DNA of 63,926 nt, filler included, from Octopus bimaculoides (GCF_001194135.2; 7 parts of 6 records of this genome joined end to end with filler, not necessarily neighbours in it), one strand, 5' to 3'. Positions 1 to 12,436 are shown, counted from the first letter of the whole stretch. Numbers and translations: made by a program. Notes: generated from the sequence alone by a model not told the origin.

Positions 1-52
<52 letters not shown>

Positions 53-1251
53 GTGTGTGTAGTACTTGAGCTCATTCATATACTTGAATGTAACAAATTA
101 CCACACTTCTTGCGTGAGAAATAGGTAGGTAAACTTCAGTGGATGCTTAGAGTAACGATGGAAGTCAGCAAGAAATGTACACAATAGAATAAAGTCTCCA
201 GGAAAATCCATATGAGTAAAACATTACATAGAAAATACCTGCTTTCTAGTCTGGTAAACAACTTATCTTCTCGTCTATATACATTTATATTTCTTCGTTT
301 CGAATCGCAATTTTGCGATGAGAATATCTAAATTTAAATGTTCATCACATTATGATTGTACATCTCATCTTCGTACTTCATAAGATTTTATTACTGTTAA
401 TCATTTTGTTTCTTTTCTTTACTGCAAATATTTGCAGTAAACTTCTGTTTTCCAATATTAAAATGCAACAAAGCTAATATACGTCAACAACAGTTTTCTG
501 AAACACAAAATAAATGTTATATAGACACAAAATATATATGCTATATAAACACAATATAAATATCATATAATCTATATTTTTTTAGTTTGTTCGTCAATGA
601 GAATGCTTGAAATGTATTATTTGTTGTCATTTCAGTTGTGTGTGTCTCTCGCCGTATCTGAAGTTGATTAAGTCTATGGGAAACATCTCAAATACAAAAC
701 GTAATGCAGTTTTCTCTTACTCTCATTTTCTTTATGTGAAGAAAATGAACTGCATTTCCACAGTTACCATAATTTGATATCTATAAATATTTATACTATT
801 TCCATCGTTCAATGGTTAACCAGGCAGTCTTTTTATCTTACACAAAATTCAAGAGTGGAATTGAATCCAAATGTTAATTCTGTGTGCTAAGGTTTAGAAA
901 TATCCTTAATATGTTTGTGTCAGTCGGGGATCATTCAGCAATGAGTACCCTACTCTTATATTAAAGTTTGATAATGATTCCTCGGCTCTTTTTATTTCTA
1001 TATGCTAGCACAGAAAAACTAGGGAAGATCATAATGTATAAAACAGTCAAAGATTATATGTTGACACATTGCCAACGGAATTATTTGCTCATTATGGTCA
1101 ACAGCCAATTTTCATCAGAGATATTAGATGATGTTTTATATGTAGTTTTGTCTGTGGATTTCAAAAATGTAATCGGTTTCTTTCTATCAGGCACAGTTTT
1201 TCTGTAATTTTATGTTTTCATAATCTTTTCTTTTCATAAATTCTACTCAGG

Positions 1252-3024
1252 ATGTTAAGGCATTGCAAGAGCAGTCCTGATATATTTTGTCATGTATGTG
1301 GTTCATTTACCACCAAAGCTCAGCAACGTGTCATCACAAGTGAAATCAAGAAGGTCTACCAGTTATACTTTGGCTGCTCTCTCGGGGATCAAGATAAGAG
1401 TTGGGCCCCGCACATCATCTGCTCAGCTTGTTCAAATGGACTAAGGGATTGGTTAAATAAGAGGAAGCGAGCAATGCCATTTGCAATACCTATGATATGG
1501 AGAGAGCCAAAGGATCATTTCATGGGCTGTTATTTCTGCAGCGTTAATGTATGTGGGTTTACTATAAAGACCAAGCATAAGATTGTGTTTCCCAACTTGG
1601 AATCAGCAAGACCAGTACCACACAACGATGATGATCTTCCTATTCCAATACCACCAGAAAATGGCCTTCAGATGTCTGACGAAGATGTATTTCCTGAAGA
1701 AAATACTACTGCTGTGGAAGACACTGAAGTGGATGCAGATTTCACGATTGAAAATGACGTACCACAGAAATTTTCTCAAGGAGAGTTAAATGATTTAGTT
1801 AGAGACTTGTCATTGTCGAAGGATAAAGCTGAACTATTAGCATTTCGCCTACAAGGAAAGTGTCTGCTTAAGAAAGATGTTTGTATTACTCATTTCAGGA
1901 AAATAAATAGGGATCTGACTTCATGCTTCTCTGTTGATGGACCACTTTCTTTCAGTAATAACACTGATGAGTTATTTCGCTGTTTGTTCCAAGAACATAT
2001 TCCAGCTGAATGGCGCTTATTCATTGATTCATCTAAAAGAAGCCTCAAGGCAGTACTACTACACAACGGCAATAAGAAACCATCCATTCCCCCATAGGTC
2101 ATTCAGTGCACATGAAGGAGTGTTATGAAAACATGCAAGTACTCCTCTCAATGCCATAAAGTATACAAACTACAGCTGGAAAATCTGTGGAGACTTGAAA
2201 GTGATTGGAATGTTGATGGGAATGCAATCTGGGTTCACGAAATATTGTTGCATTTTATGTCTGTGGGACAGTCGTGCAACTAACAAGCACTACGTGCAAT
2301 CAGAGTGGCCTTTGCGAAAATCATATGAGCCAGGAGTTTCTAGCGTCCAGAACAAGCCACTTTTAAACCCAGAAAATGTTCTTCTTCCCCCTCTTCCCAT
2401 AAAGCTTGGCCTCATGAAACAATTCGTGAAGACACTTGCCCAGAAAAGNNNNNNNNNNNNNNNNNNNNNNNNNNNNNNNNNNNNNNNNNNNNNNNNNNNN
2501 NNNNNNNNNNNNNNNNNNNNNNNNNNNNNNNNNNNNNNNNNNNNNNNNNNNNNNNNNNNNNNNNNNNNNNNNNNNNNNNNNNNNNNNNNNNNNNNNNNNN
2601 NNNNNNNNNNNNNNNNNNNNNNNNNNNNNNNNNNNNNNNNNNNNNNNNNNNNNNNNNNNNNNNNNNNNNNNNNNNNNNNNNNNNNNNNNNNNNNNNNNNN
2701 NNNNNNNNNNNNNNNNNNNNNNNNNNNNNNNNNNNNNNNNNNNNNNNNNNNNNNNNNNNNNNNNNNNNNNNNNNNNNNNNNNNNNNNNNNNNNNNNNNNN
2801 NNNNNNNNNNNNNNNNNNNNNNNNNNNNNNNNNNNNNNNNNNNNNNNNNNNNNNNNNNNNNNNNNNNNNNNNNNNNNNNNNNNNNNNNNNNNNNNNNNNN
2901 NNNNNNNNNNNNNNNNNNNNNNNNNNNNNGGAATGCAGGAATGTTAGCTGACTACTGTTGGATGTTATACGGGGATGAACCTGAGACAAAACACCATAGA
3001 AAGTCCAAATCCCAAAGATTTTAA
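1252..3024 (+). pseudogene. Chapaev/Chapaev3-like (CMC superfamily) transposase, frameshifted and interrupted by a gap
   Basis: ORF 1252-2097 has CHVC-x36-PHIICSAC, CYFC and WRLFIDSSKRSLKAVLLHNGN. It continues after frameshifts (~2090-2150) as ICGDLKVIGMLMGMQSGFTKYCCILCLWDSRA and, after the gap, MLADYCWML...SQRF* ending at 3024. Family assignment is from recall of these motifs. Confidence 0.75.
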
Positions 3025-3179
3025 GTTGTTATGCATTCGAGTGTATTCTAACTTATTTGTACACAATAATTTTAATTTTGTACAATAAAAAGCCATGAAA
3101 TTATCATATACTGTATTCATTATACTTTATATAGACATGCTTTACGTATCCTATACGTTAAAACAGCAGGTATCATTAA

Positions 3180-3302
3180 CATGAAAATGTGACCTGATAG
3201 AGGAAATTGGACTTCAGATTCGTAATCAGCATCAAAGATTAACCCAGAAAAGTCAATCAGCAACTCTGATGATTAAAAAAAGTTTCATTTTGTTGACCAG
3301 TG
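3180..3302 (+). mobile_element. Right end of the Chapaev-like transposon
   Basis: Ends TTTTGTTGACCAGTG (CAC...GTG-type terminus), followed by TTA, about 280 bp after the transposase stop. Confidence 0.6.
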
Positions 3303-4100
3303 TTATCAAAATTCATGGTAAATAAAATATAAATAACTTGAGTTTCCGATTAAAACATATTAAGTTCAATATACTGTTATGTTACGTTGATGGAGACGTC
3401 GATATAATCGGAATACTGACGAAAGGGCAACTAAAGATTCCTTCGTCTATTTCTTGAAGGCTATTTACCGAGTTAGTTAATAATTAAACATATAAGGTGC
3501 ACACAAGTTATTAACGCCGTTATCTTTCGTTCACAAAGTTTCCATTCATATTTTGTTAAATAGAACCATTGACAAATCAGGAATATCCGCCAAAGTGTTT
3601 AAAAATAATTGCTACTTATATTTGAAAAGAGATGAACACCATTTTGAAGCAGTTATTATCAAAGTGGAAACAATGTTCGTCTCTAGAGAAGCGTTTTAGT
3701 ACAAAAAAAAGAACAATGTGTGAACAAATGAATATCCGCCATGAAGTTTCCTGAAAACGAATATAGATTTGAGAAGAAGAACTATTCCAATAATTCTTGA
3801 ACCAAAGTTGTCTTCTTTAGAGATGTGAAATATAATTTATGCAGGAGCTGATAAGGTAAATATTAAAGCATCTTCTAACCAAATAGAAAAGACAAGAATG
3901 CGATGTACAATTTGAAAGTGTTTCGTAGCATTCTTCATCTTTTATGAGCTTGTAAAACGTGCAACAATATTGTTTTTATGATATATATATAGTATTATAT
4001 GTATTTCAAATGATTTATTTCTTTGCCATATTTATATGTACATGCTTAGTATATACAGATATCCATGTATTAGTTTGACACTCGGCAAAAATGGAAAAGT

Positions 4101-4138
4101 CTTTTACGTTTCGAGCCTATTCTTCTTCGACAGAAAGG
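4101..4138 (-). ncRNA. Minimal type-I hammerhead-like motif with variant core (CUGUCGA)
   Basis: Minus strand reads CCTTT CTGTCGA AGAAGAATAGGCTC GAAA CG TA AAAG. Stem I is CTTT/AAAG; stem II is degraded. Confidence 0.45.
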
Positions 4139-4211
4139 AATAAGAAGAAATAAACCGAGAATAACAAAAAGAAAAAAACATGCTGAGTTCAGGGGTCCAA
4201 CATGGATATAC

Positions 4212-4262
<51 letters not shown>

Positions 4263-6087
4263 GAAACATTTGAAATGTCAAATAACAATTGTAAATATTT
4301 TCTCAATGCTCTCGCGTGTTATTTCTTTCTTGCCGCTTTTAGTAAAGTTTCTAATCAGGCAGAAAACTTCAATGCTCCAAAATAAGCAAACTTTATGGGC
4401 CCAAACGTTTCAACACGAATAATAAACGGAAGATCGACAAATAAAACAAGAAGCGATAACAATAACTAGTGCTAGTGTTAATCTTAGGAGTATATGAAGG
4501 TTTCTTAAAAACAAACGTTAAAATATTGAAGCGTAAGGAAATTCCATTGAATTGCTGCAAATATGATGTATTTTAAACACAAACTTTAAATGAGTATCAA
4601 TTTTCCACTATCTTGTTTCGAATTCGTGAAGCTTGAACATTTCGTTTTATGGTAAAAGCTGATACAGTAGAGATTTTCCCCATAAACTATAAATCAAATT
4701 AGTTTTCTTTTCTTTTCTTTTTTTTTTCTTAACATAAAGAAAAACATTCATGTTATATGAACAATGAAAACTATTTTCGAAATGACAGGTTGAACAGCAA
4801 AAATATATTTATGACGTAAATGGGCAAATACTTTCTTCTGGTAACTTAAATTTGACAAAATTGAGCGGAAAAAACGAAAAACAGAAACGTTCGTTAAAAT
4901 GGCTGATGTCTTTAATTGTCACCACTACGACATAAATATATTTGTATCTTGCTGTGCATATTGCTCTGTATGTAATTGTTTCTCAAATATTCTTCACACA
5001 TATTTTGTACTTTATTACATCTTCTTCCGTATTTATATGCATCGACAAGTTAAGTGTCCAATACTTAGATATAGAGAGTTTTCCTTCTAAATGTAAGAAC
5101 ACTTAATTTTTCAAAATACTAATTTATCAAAGCTTCAAATAGAAAAATAAACTAAATATTGAGTATTGATTGCGTGTTTAACTGTGTAATATCAATATCA
5201 GAGTCGATGAAAGTATCGAACAAATGACTTTCAAAGGGAAAATATGCTTTGAAGGAGTCTTTGAGCAAATATCATGACTGTTAGAAGATAACTAGCGAAA
5301 GGAAATATCAATGAATATAATTAAATTAAAGAATCTGTTGGAATATGAAAATTTAGTTGTTTAACAAAATTCACATATTTATTTGAGTTCATCAAAGCGG
5401 TTTTGAAAATGTGACTCAGGTATTTCAGTATGAGGAGTTCTGTATTTTAGTATTCTATACAAAGTTACGTTATATGAAAAGGAAAATAAAGCTTCTGAAA
5501 TTTTACACACATTAAAAAAAAGTAGGTACGAATTATAAAAAATACATTCCACATTAAAATAAATTTAAAAACTAAAACCTAAAAGTTTAGATGTCAAAAG
5601 TGATATTTTATTTCCTAATCATAAAAAGAGATAACGTTCAGAAATATGGTCAGAAAATTTATAATTATTAATAGCGGCAAATGTAACTAATTTACCAGTT
5701 TTTTTTTCTCTTGTTGGAAAAGTTCGTTGTGTTTTTGACTTCCAAACATATGTTATTGGCAATGAAATGTCAATCCTATTAAACCTGATATATTTCGTAT
5801 TTGACTCACATTCAATTTAAATTTCAGAAAACGGCCATTTTTAAGTAGAAAAGAAAGTATGTCGCAAATATAACATTTCCAATATAACGTTCCTTTTCTT
5901 GATGATTGCAGACTGAAGGTAATGTAAAATATCTGTAACTCATACGATACTTCTGTAACATCCATGATTCAATTAATGTGTACGTGTTAACACCTTACTT
6001 CTAGAGTGATATCGTTCTTCCTTTCCTTTTTTCTGTCTTTCTATATAAATGAGCATGGGAGGGGGTGAGTGGGGGCTGTATAATACA

Positions 6088-6123
<36 letters not shown>

Positions 6124-6599
6124 TGCGAGTAAAAATAAATACAAAAAAAGGGGTTTTGTATGATTGTGTATAGAGGAATATATTATTTGGTTTAAAAGAG
6201 TTCCAACACTGTCTGTTTTTTATGTTTTATTTATATTCCTGCAAAACCAATGTGGGATATAGAATAAGGAATATACAATATATAATATAATATACAATAT
6301 ATAATATAAAATAAAAATGGATGGTATAATGAAATAAAGTATTGAATGTCTTATTGAATATATGGAATATGTCTTATTGAATAGATGAAATATTGAGTGT
6401 TCAATATAAAGAATTAAATATATAAAGGCGAATACGTATTTTCTATACCTTGTGGTATTTCATCAAGGCCGGTATGACAGATTTTAACAGACTGTATATA
6501 TATATATATATATTAGATAATTAAACGAATGGTTTATACTGGTAAAGCACGATCCCTTTCACAGTGTTCGTTATGTATTTGCTTAATGCGAGACGGAAG

Positions 6600-6778
6600 A
6601 TGGAAGATACGAGAATTCTTATTAATCACTACAATTATTTCGACCCATCTAGCATCGATCCCTCACGGGAGGGACACCTAACAATTGGCTCAGGAACATC
6701 CGACGGTGCAGATGTGTCTGTTCGGGTGATAAATAGATATAACTCGTTAAAGTAACATTTCTCTAATGTATCTTCTCC
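6600..6778. mobile_element. Decayed copy of the foldback MITE family seen at 20440-20865
   Basis: 6601-6665 GGAAGATACGAGAATTCTTATTAATCACTACAATTATTTCGACCCATCTAGCATCGATC matches the arm GAGAAACTTTATTGATCACTACAATCGTTTCGACCCATCTAGCGTCGATC. Confidence 0.6.
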
Positions 6779-7276
6779 ACTCCTGTAAAGAAAAGTAGCA
6801 AGACTATCGATGAAACCTCATTTATATAAAAGATTAATAACAAAATAAGAGATGCAAAAAAGAAATGAACACACAATGCAACGCTTTTCACACTGATATT
6901 CTAGTGTTTTTGTTACTGACTGTTTAAATAGAGAGTGTCTGATTACACACATACACACATACCTACATAGAATCATTAACACACACATCCAACCAGGCAT
7001 CCACCCACCTAACCACAAACACACACACACACACATACAAACACACACACACACACACACGCACACACACACGCACGAGCACTCACACATTTTTTCGCTG
7101 TATTGCGTGTTCGTTTCTCTTTTGCATCTGTTATTCAACTACGTTGGTTTCATAAGACTACTATCATATTCTTTCTCTAGAGAATATTCTTACACGGTGG
7201 CAGAATTTTGTTTACATACATACATACATACAAACATACATACATACATACATAATACATACATACATACATACAT

Positions 7277-8450
7277 ATGAGAAATGAAGTTGGAAGAGGC
7301 CTGAGATCAGTGCAGACGGCCTTCGAATGCCGTATGGTATCACTCAGGCAATACCTGCTAAACAACAACAGTAAACATAAATATATTAATGCATTCCTGA
7401 AAAGTGAAGTGAGCAACATTTTACGAGTTGGCAGTGAACTCCTCAAGAAATACTCTCTTCTTGATGATCTCCTATACAGCCCCAAAACAGCTGGGCTCTC
7501 TTACCTCAGAGAGGACCTGGATGGAAAGCACTCAGCATACAAAAAGAAAGGTCATGCATGAGTATGTTGCGCAGAAGCTTGAAGAAGACTGTAGAATTGA
7601 CACGAAGTGCAGCCCCTATTCGACACAAAACCTCTTCATCACATCACACTTTGAAGACTATTCGTTTGCAATCCAGGAATATCAGATTGCCACAAAGTAC
7701 ATGGTGAACAAGAGAGACAATGACACTCTTGTAATCCCAAGGTGCAACCGCATGTGTAGGCTATATCATGTTTCTGTGGAAGACGTTACGCATGTGATTA
7801 GCAGCTGTCCTAAAAGATTCGTCACGTTACTACCTCCCAATGCGGCACGATATTGTCGCTAAAACAATTTACAATGCCATCCGCAAAAAAAAAAAAAATA
7901 AGATTGTCCTGAAATATATTTAGAAAATCCCTCTGTTACGGAATACATTCATAAACACTAACTAGAGGAATACTGGTGGAATATTCCCATCAAAACTTCT
8001 GTCAATTGCAAACATAACAGGCCGCATATTGTTGCTTATGACAAAAAGCCAAAGGTATGTACCATCATAGAGGTTAGCTGCCATGCAGGTATAAATATCT
8101 CGTTGAAAATCGAAGAAAAAGAGGATATTTATGGGCAACTGCTTCGAAACCTCCAGCTTCTATATCCAGACTATTTAATTCATATTGATACCAATAATAA
8201 TTGGAGCACTATGATTGCTAGTAAATGCTTAGAGGTGCATCTGGATAAACTGGGATCTTCAGAAACAGACATCTACCGGCTGATTCGTACATTATAAGTC
8301 CAATCTGTGAGTGGAACAGTAAAAATATGCTAGATGTTTCTCAAGTTCCAAATGTGAATTTGTCTGTGGTAACTACATCCCAAACACAGAGCCTTTTATC
8401 TTTGTGGGAAACCGGGTACCCGCTCAGTGGAAGATTTACAATAATAATAA
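7277..8450 (+). mobile_element. 5'-truncated non-LTR retrotransposon with restriction-like endonuclease (R4/Dong-like), frameshifted
   Basis: Fragments AIQEYQIATKY, CRLYHVSVEDVTHVISSCPK (CCHC-like), RHDIVAKTIYNAI, EYWWNIPIKT, HNRPHIV...IIEVS, KIEEKEDIYGQLLRNLQLLYPDY. 3' UTR ends in (AAT)n at ~8440-8450. Confidence 0.8.
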
Positions 8451-8483
8451 AATAGAAGAGACATACATACATATATGTATGGT

Positions 8484-8581
<98 letters not shown>

Positions 8582-8858
8582 CACACGCTTACGCACTCAC
8601 ACACACATGCACACATCCCCATATAAATATATACATATGTAGGTAATAAAGGTGGCTTTTTCGCAATTTACGACCGAAAGGTAGAAATATAGACTATTGC
8701 CCTTAGTCACTTTAGTAAGAACCAGTATTGCTAGAAATGAGAGTCAAAGCCACTTAATAGCCACAGAAAGCACTTATCACTATAACTGATAAGGAAGATG
8801 GATATAGATAGCTAGCTAGATAGATAGATATGTATACACACAGACACAGACACACACA

Positions 8859-8930
<72 letters not shown>

Positions 8931-8942
8931 TACGTACATATT

Positions 8943-8973
<31 letters not shown>

Positions 8974-8986
8974 ATATATATATATA

Positions 8987-9086
8987 NNNNNNNNNNNNNN
9001 NNNNNNNNNNNNNNNNNNNNNNNNNNNNNNTTAATTAATTAANNNNNNNNNNNNNNNNNNNNNNNNNNNNNNNNNNNNNNNNNNNN
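8987..9086. other. Artificial 100-bp scaffold spacer (N44-TTAATTAATTAA-N44); also at ~16026, 20348, 52048, 55533 and 62661
   Basis: An identical 12-mer sits centred in N runs at six positions. Confidence 0.95.
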
Positions 9087-9166
9087 ACTCCTTGCTGTTT
9101 CGCCTACATATGTCGTATGGCTGATAGTTAGCAAGGTGAGATACACATAAGAAAGAAGGAAACAAA

Positions 9167-9211
9167 GGACCACTGATGAGGTCACAGAAGTGTGACGAAA
9201 GAACTCTGGCC
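9167..9211 (+). ncRNA. Minimal type-I hammerhead ribozyme motif (Penelope/retrozyme-like)
   Basis: GGACCA CTGATGA G GTCAC agaagt GTGAC GAAA GAAC TC TGGCC: intact CUGAUGA/GAAA/UC core, 5-bp stem II, CCA/TGG stem I. Confidence 0.6.
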
Positions 9212-9332
9212 GAAATAAGATTAAGATTAAGATTAATGTAATATAAAGCTGAAAAAAAAAAAAAAAATTAACACCAAATATACAGTGCGTGTGTTTTTAT
9301 TGGCTAAACTGGCAATATGACCATCCCCAAGT

Positions 9333-9416
<84 letters not shown>

Positions 9417-9715
9417 GTATATAGCCATTTGAGGATATAGTGCCCTCTTTAGGGATTATAAAATCCAGAGATCAACTGGTGTTATCAATGATGTATTGGG
9501 AGATTTCTCTCAATATATAGGGATAAACAGTCTAATATACAATTACTATAAGAAATGGAGAAAAAAATACTGTGGATACTTATATTATTTGTATCACAAT
9601 ATGAACATAGTAAATAGTTTAATAGAAATAAAATTTAAATGAATTGTTCACGGTGGTGCACCAGCATGACCGCAGCCACTTGGCTGAAACACATAAATAA
9701 ATAAATAAATAAATA

Positions 9716-10301
9716 CATTAACGTGAAATAAAATACAATATGTATAAGAGGTGCCTACACATGTTTCAGTCTGGTTACTATGTAAACGGTGTTTCAGAAT
9801 ATTCGAACCATGTTAATAATTTTAGATGTAAAAAATAACAACAAAAGGCCGATAGAATAAGTACTAGGCTTACAAAGAATAAGTCCTGGGGTCGATTTGC
9901 TCGACTAAAGGTGGTGCTCCAACATGGCTGCAGTCAAATGTCTGAAACAAGTAAAAAGAGTAAAAGAGTAATTAATTTGTTAGAAAAGTAAGAGGGGATG
10001 CAGATTGAGTAATAGTAGGAGGTATTAGCTAATCAAAACTTCCTAAACACATGAATATGTCATCCTCATCCAACTTCTCTAGAAAACTCTTCACCACCAA
10101 CTTGTATTCCTGTGGAAAAATATGTAAGCATTAGCTTTTTGAATAAGATCGCCCTGATGATACCTGGTCACTTTGTTGTTATTTTTTACATCTAAAGCTA
10201 TTAACATGGTTCAAATATTCTGAAACACTGTTTACATAGTGACCAGATTGAAACATGTGTAAGTACCTCTTATACATTTTGTATTGTATTTCACATTACT
10301 G
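9716..10301. mobile_element. Tc1/pogo-type MITE with ~130-bp TIRs and TA flanks, carrying a SINE tail
   Basis: 9716-9846 is the imperfect reverse complement of 10171-10301 (e.g. TGTATAAGAGG...CATGTTTCA / TGAAACATG...CCTCTTATACA). TA lies at 9714-9715 and 10302-10303. Confidence 0.75.
9846..9968 (+). mobile_element. SINE family A 3' fragment
   Basis: GATAGAATAAGTACTAGGCTTACAAAGAATAAGTCCTGGGGTCGATTTGCTCGACTAAAGG...GAAACAAGTAAAAAGAG, shared with many copies in the window. Confidence 0.85.
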
Positions 10302-10433
10302 TATGTTTGCTTAAATGTATGGTCATTTAAATTTTATTTGTATTAAACTATTTACTGTTTTCATATTTACTATGTTCATATTGTGATACAAATAAAATAA
10401 GTGTCCACAATATTTTTTTCCCATTTCTTACAG

Positions 10434-10486
<53 letters not shown>

Positions 10487-10562
10487 NNNNNNNNNNNNNN
10501 NNNNNNNNNNNNNNNNNNNNNNNNNNNNNNNNNNNNNNNNNNNNNNNNNNNNNNNNNNTATA

Positions 10563-11360
10563 CTAGCAGCTAAACCTGGTTCCACCTGGTCTGTTTGGAT
10601 GATGTGGCTGCGATTGATTTTGGTTAGGCATAATCTATAACAGCGTTTCTCAACCTGATCATTTCGTGTCCTGTTTCAATTGGAGCCTCCAGCTGTATGA
10701 AAATTTCACCCCCTCCTGTCAAAAAATGGCTTCAGGAGTTGTGAAGGAAGAATTTGTACGTAGTCTGTTTGTGAGAGCTATTCTATTGGACGTCTGTCTA
10801 ATCATTAAAAGATTTATTTAATTATGAACATAGAAAGAAATTATACATTAATCGCAACTTTTGTAAGCAGTTTTATCCATAAAAATTTTATTTGCAGAGA
10901 GCAGAAATTGAAAGGTATATGAAATGGACGTGTGTGTGGGTGTGTATGTGAGAGAGAAAGAGGGTAAGAAAGAGAGATAGAGTGAGTGAATGAATTTGTG
11001 TGTCATTGACTTACGTTGGCTGGTACAGCAAGTATGAAGCTTTTGAGGCGGCAGATGACTGAGGTGATTTGGAAGAAATGCCGTTTTTTCAGTGGAGCAC
11101 TTCTTTGTAGGCAACATTTCTCATTTTCCCTTCTGATGCACAAATATATAGACTTTGTGGCCTGCCAACACGGGAGCATCCAACGTAAAGTTGACCGTGG
11201 GAGAACACTTGCTCTGTAAGATTTAAACCAACCATTTGCAATGATCGACCCTGTGCCTTATCTATTGTCATTGCAAAGGAGAGTTTAATAGGAAATTGAA
11301 GCCGTTTAAACTTGTAGATCATATTGGAGAGAGTATGGAATATTGTATTATGTAGTTTGA
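10563..11360 (-). mobile_element. Helitron 3' remnant with PIF1-type helicase C-terminus
   Basis: Minus ORF 11089-11421 has FKRLQFPIKLSFAMTIDKAQGRSL...VFSHGQLYVGCSRVG...RNVAYKEVL. The minus strand ends ...ACCAGGTGGAACCAGGTTTAGCTGCTAG|T at 10563. Confidence 0.75.
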
Positions 11361-12199
11361 ATGAGAAACTGTAAGGTGTGTGAGCAACTGGTGTTAATGG
11401 CTGAAGAAAGGGTAATTGCATGTGAGTTCATGGTAGAAAACTTTTACGATTGTTGATTTACGGAAAAGATTATGTTAAATGTTTGAAATGCAAATCTGTG
11501 AATGAAAAATAAGTTCAAACCTTTACATGGAAGGTAGACCTGGTAGAAATAGCAGCCAAATCTCCCTCAAAACTCTCTACTGTATTAAACGAGAATTCTG
11601 CGTATTATGTTAAGAAGTTGACGTTAAGAATTGCTTTAACAGAAAATGAAGCTGTAAGAATTAATGGGGAAATTGTATGTAAGAATTAATAGCAGATGTA
11701 TCCAATTTAAGAAAACTGAAGAGAAAAGCTAAGTGAAATATGGAATAATTAATTGTTATACGCTTATAGAAAAACAATTTATATTATAGAAATTGATACA
11801 TACCTGTTGAAGATTAAAATGTATGTAAGAGCCATTGTTTTCGACACATGTATAATCATAGAGAAACTGAAAGACATGAAATGTCCATTTGTGTGTGTAT
11901 GTGTATGTATTTTTGGCGGGATTTTTGCATTTAGCAGGAGTTGGTTTGTGTTTTATCTCTCGATCAATGGCCAGACAAATGAAAAGGAAAGGCGATCTTT
12001 TGAAGTAGGCATCGAATGAAGAGACATGGACAGTTTTATGACTGAACTTCTTTTGAAGTTGTGGTGAAAGGGGAGAATTGATGTGTGTGTGTATGTCTGT
12101 GTATGTTTGATGGGATGTGTGTGACAGAGAGAGTAATGTTGATGGTGTATGTGTATATAAGAGAGAGAAATAACTGAAATTTATCATTCAGTTTATTTA

Positions 12200-12436
12200 T
12201 TTATTATATATGTATATATGTATGAATGGCTTCAGTGACACACACTCACATAAAAGCACGCACGCAGGTTGTTTTAATCGATTTTCTCTGTAAGTATGGG
12301 GGCTAAGAAAAAATAGCGCGTTCCAATCTATGCACCTATCTCCACATGTGTGCCATTTTTCATATGAATCCACCCAGCCGTTTGGCCGTGAACCTCAAGA
12401 CAAGAAAGAATACAATGGTCAGCCAACTTCAATTTA
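12200..12436 (+). mobile_element. Possible non-autonomous Helitron/Helentron-associated (DINE-1-like) end
   Basis: TGTGCCATTTTTCATATGAATCCACCCAGCCGTTTGGCCGTGA resembles the subterminal motif of such elements (from recall). Confidence 0.35.

Noticed and set aside
295-330. ATCGCA/TGCGAT hairpin next to GAAACG on the minus strand
   Set aside because: The core is absent; a simple hairpin.
6565-6755. Apparent exon (CAG acceptor, FVMYLLNARRK..., GT donors) resembling a transmembrane tail
   Set aside because: Its core matches the arm of the MITE at 20440-20865, so it is repeat-derived.
9031-9042. TTAATTAATTAA recurring six times
   Set aside because: Always centred in N44 spacers; a scaffolding linker, not biology.
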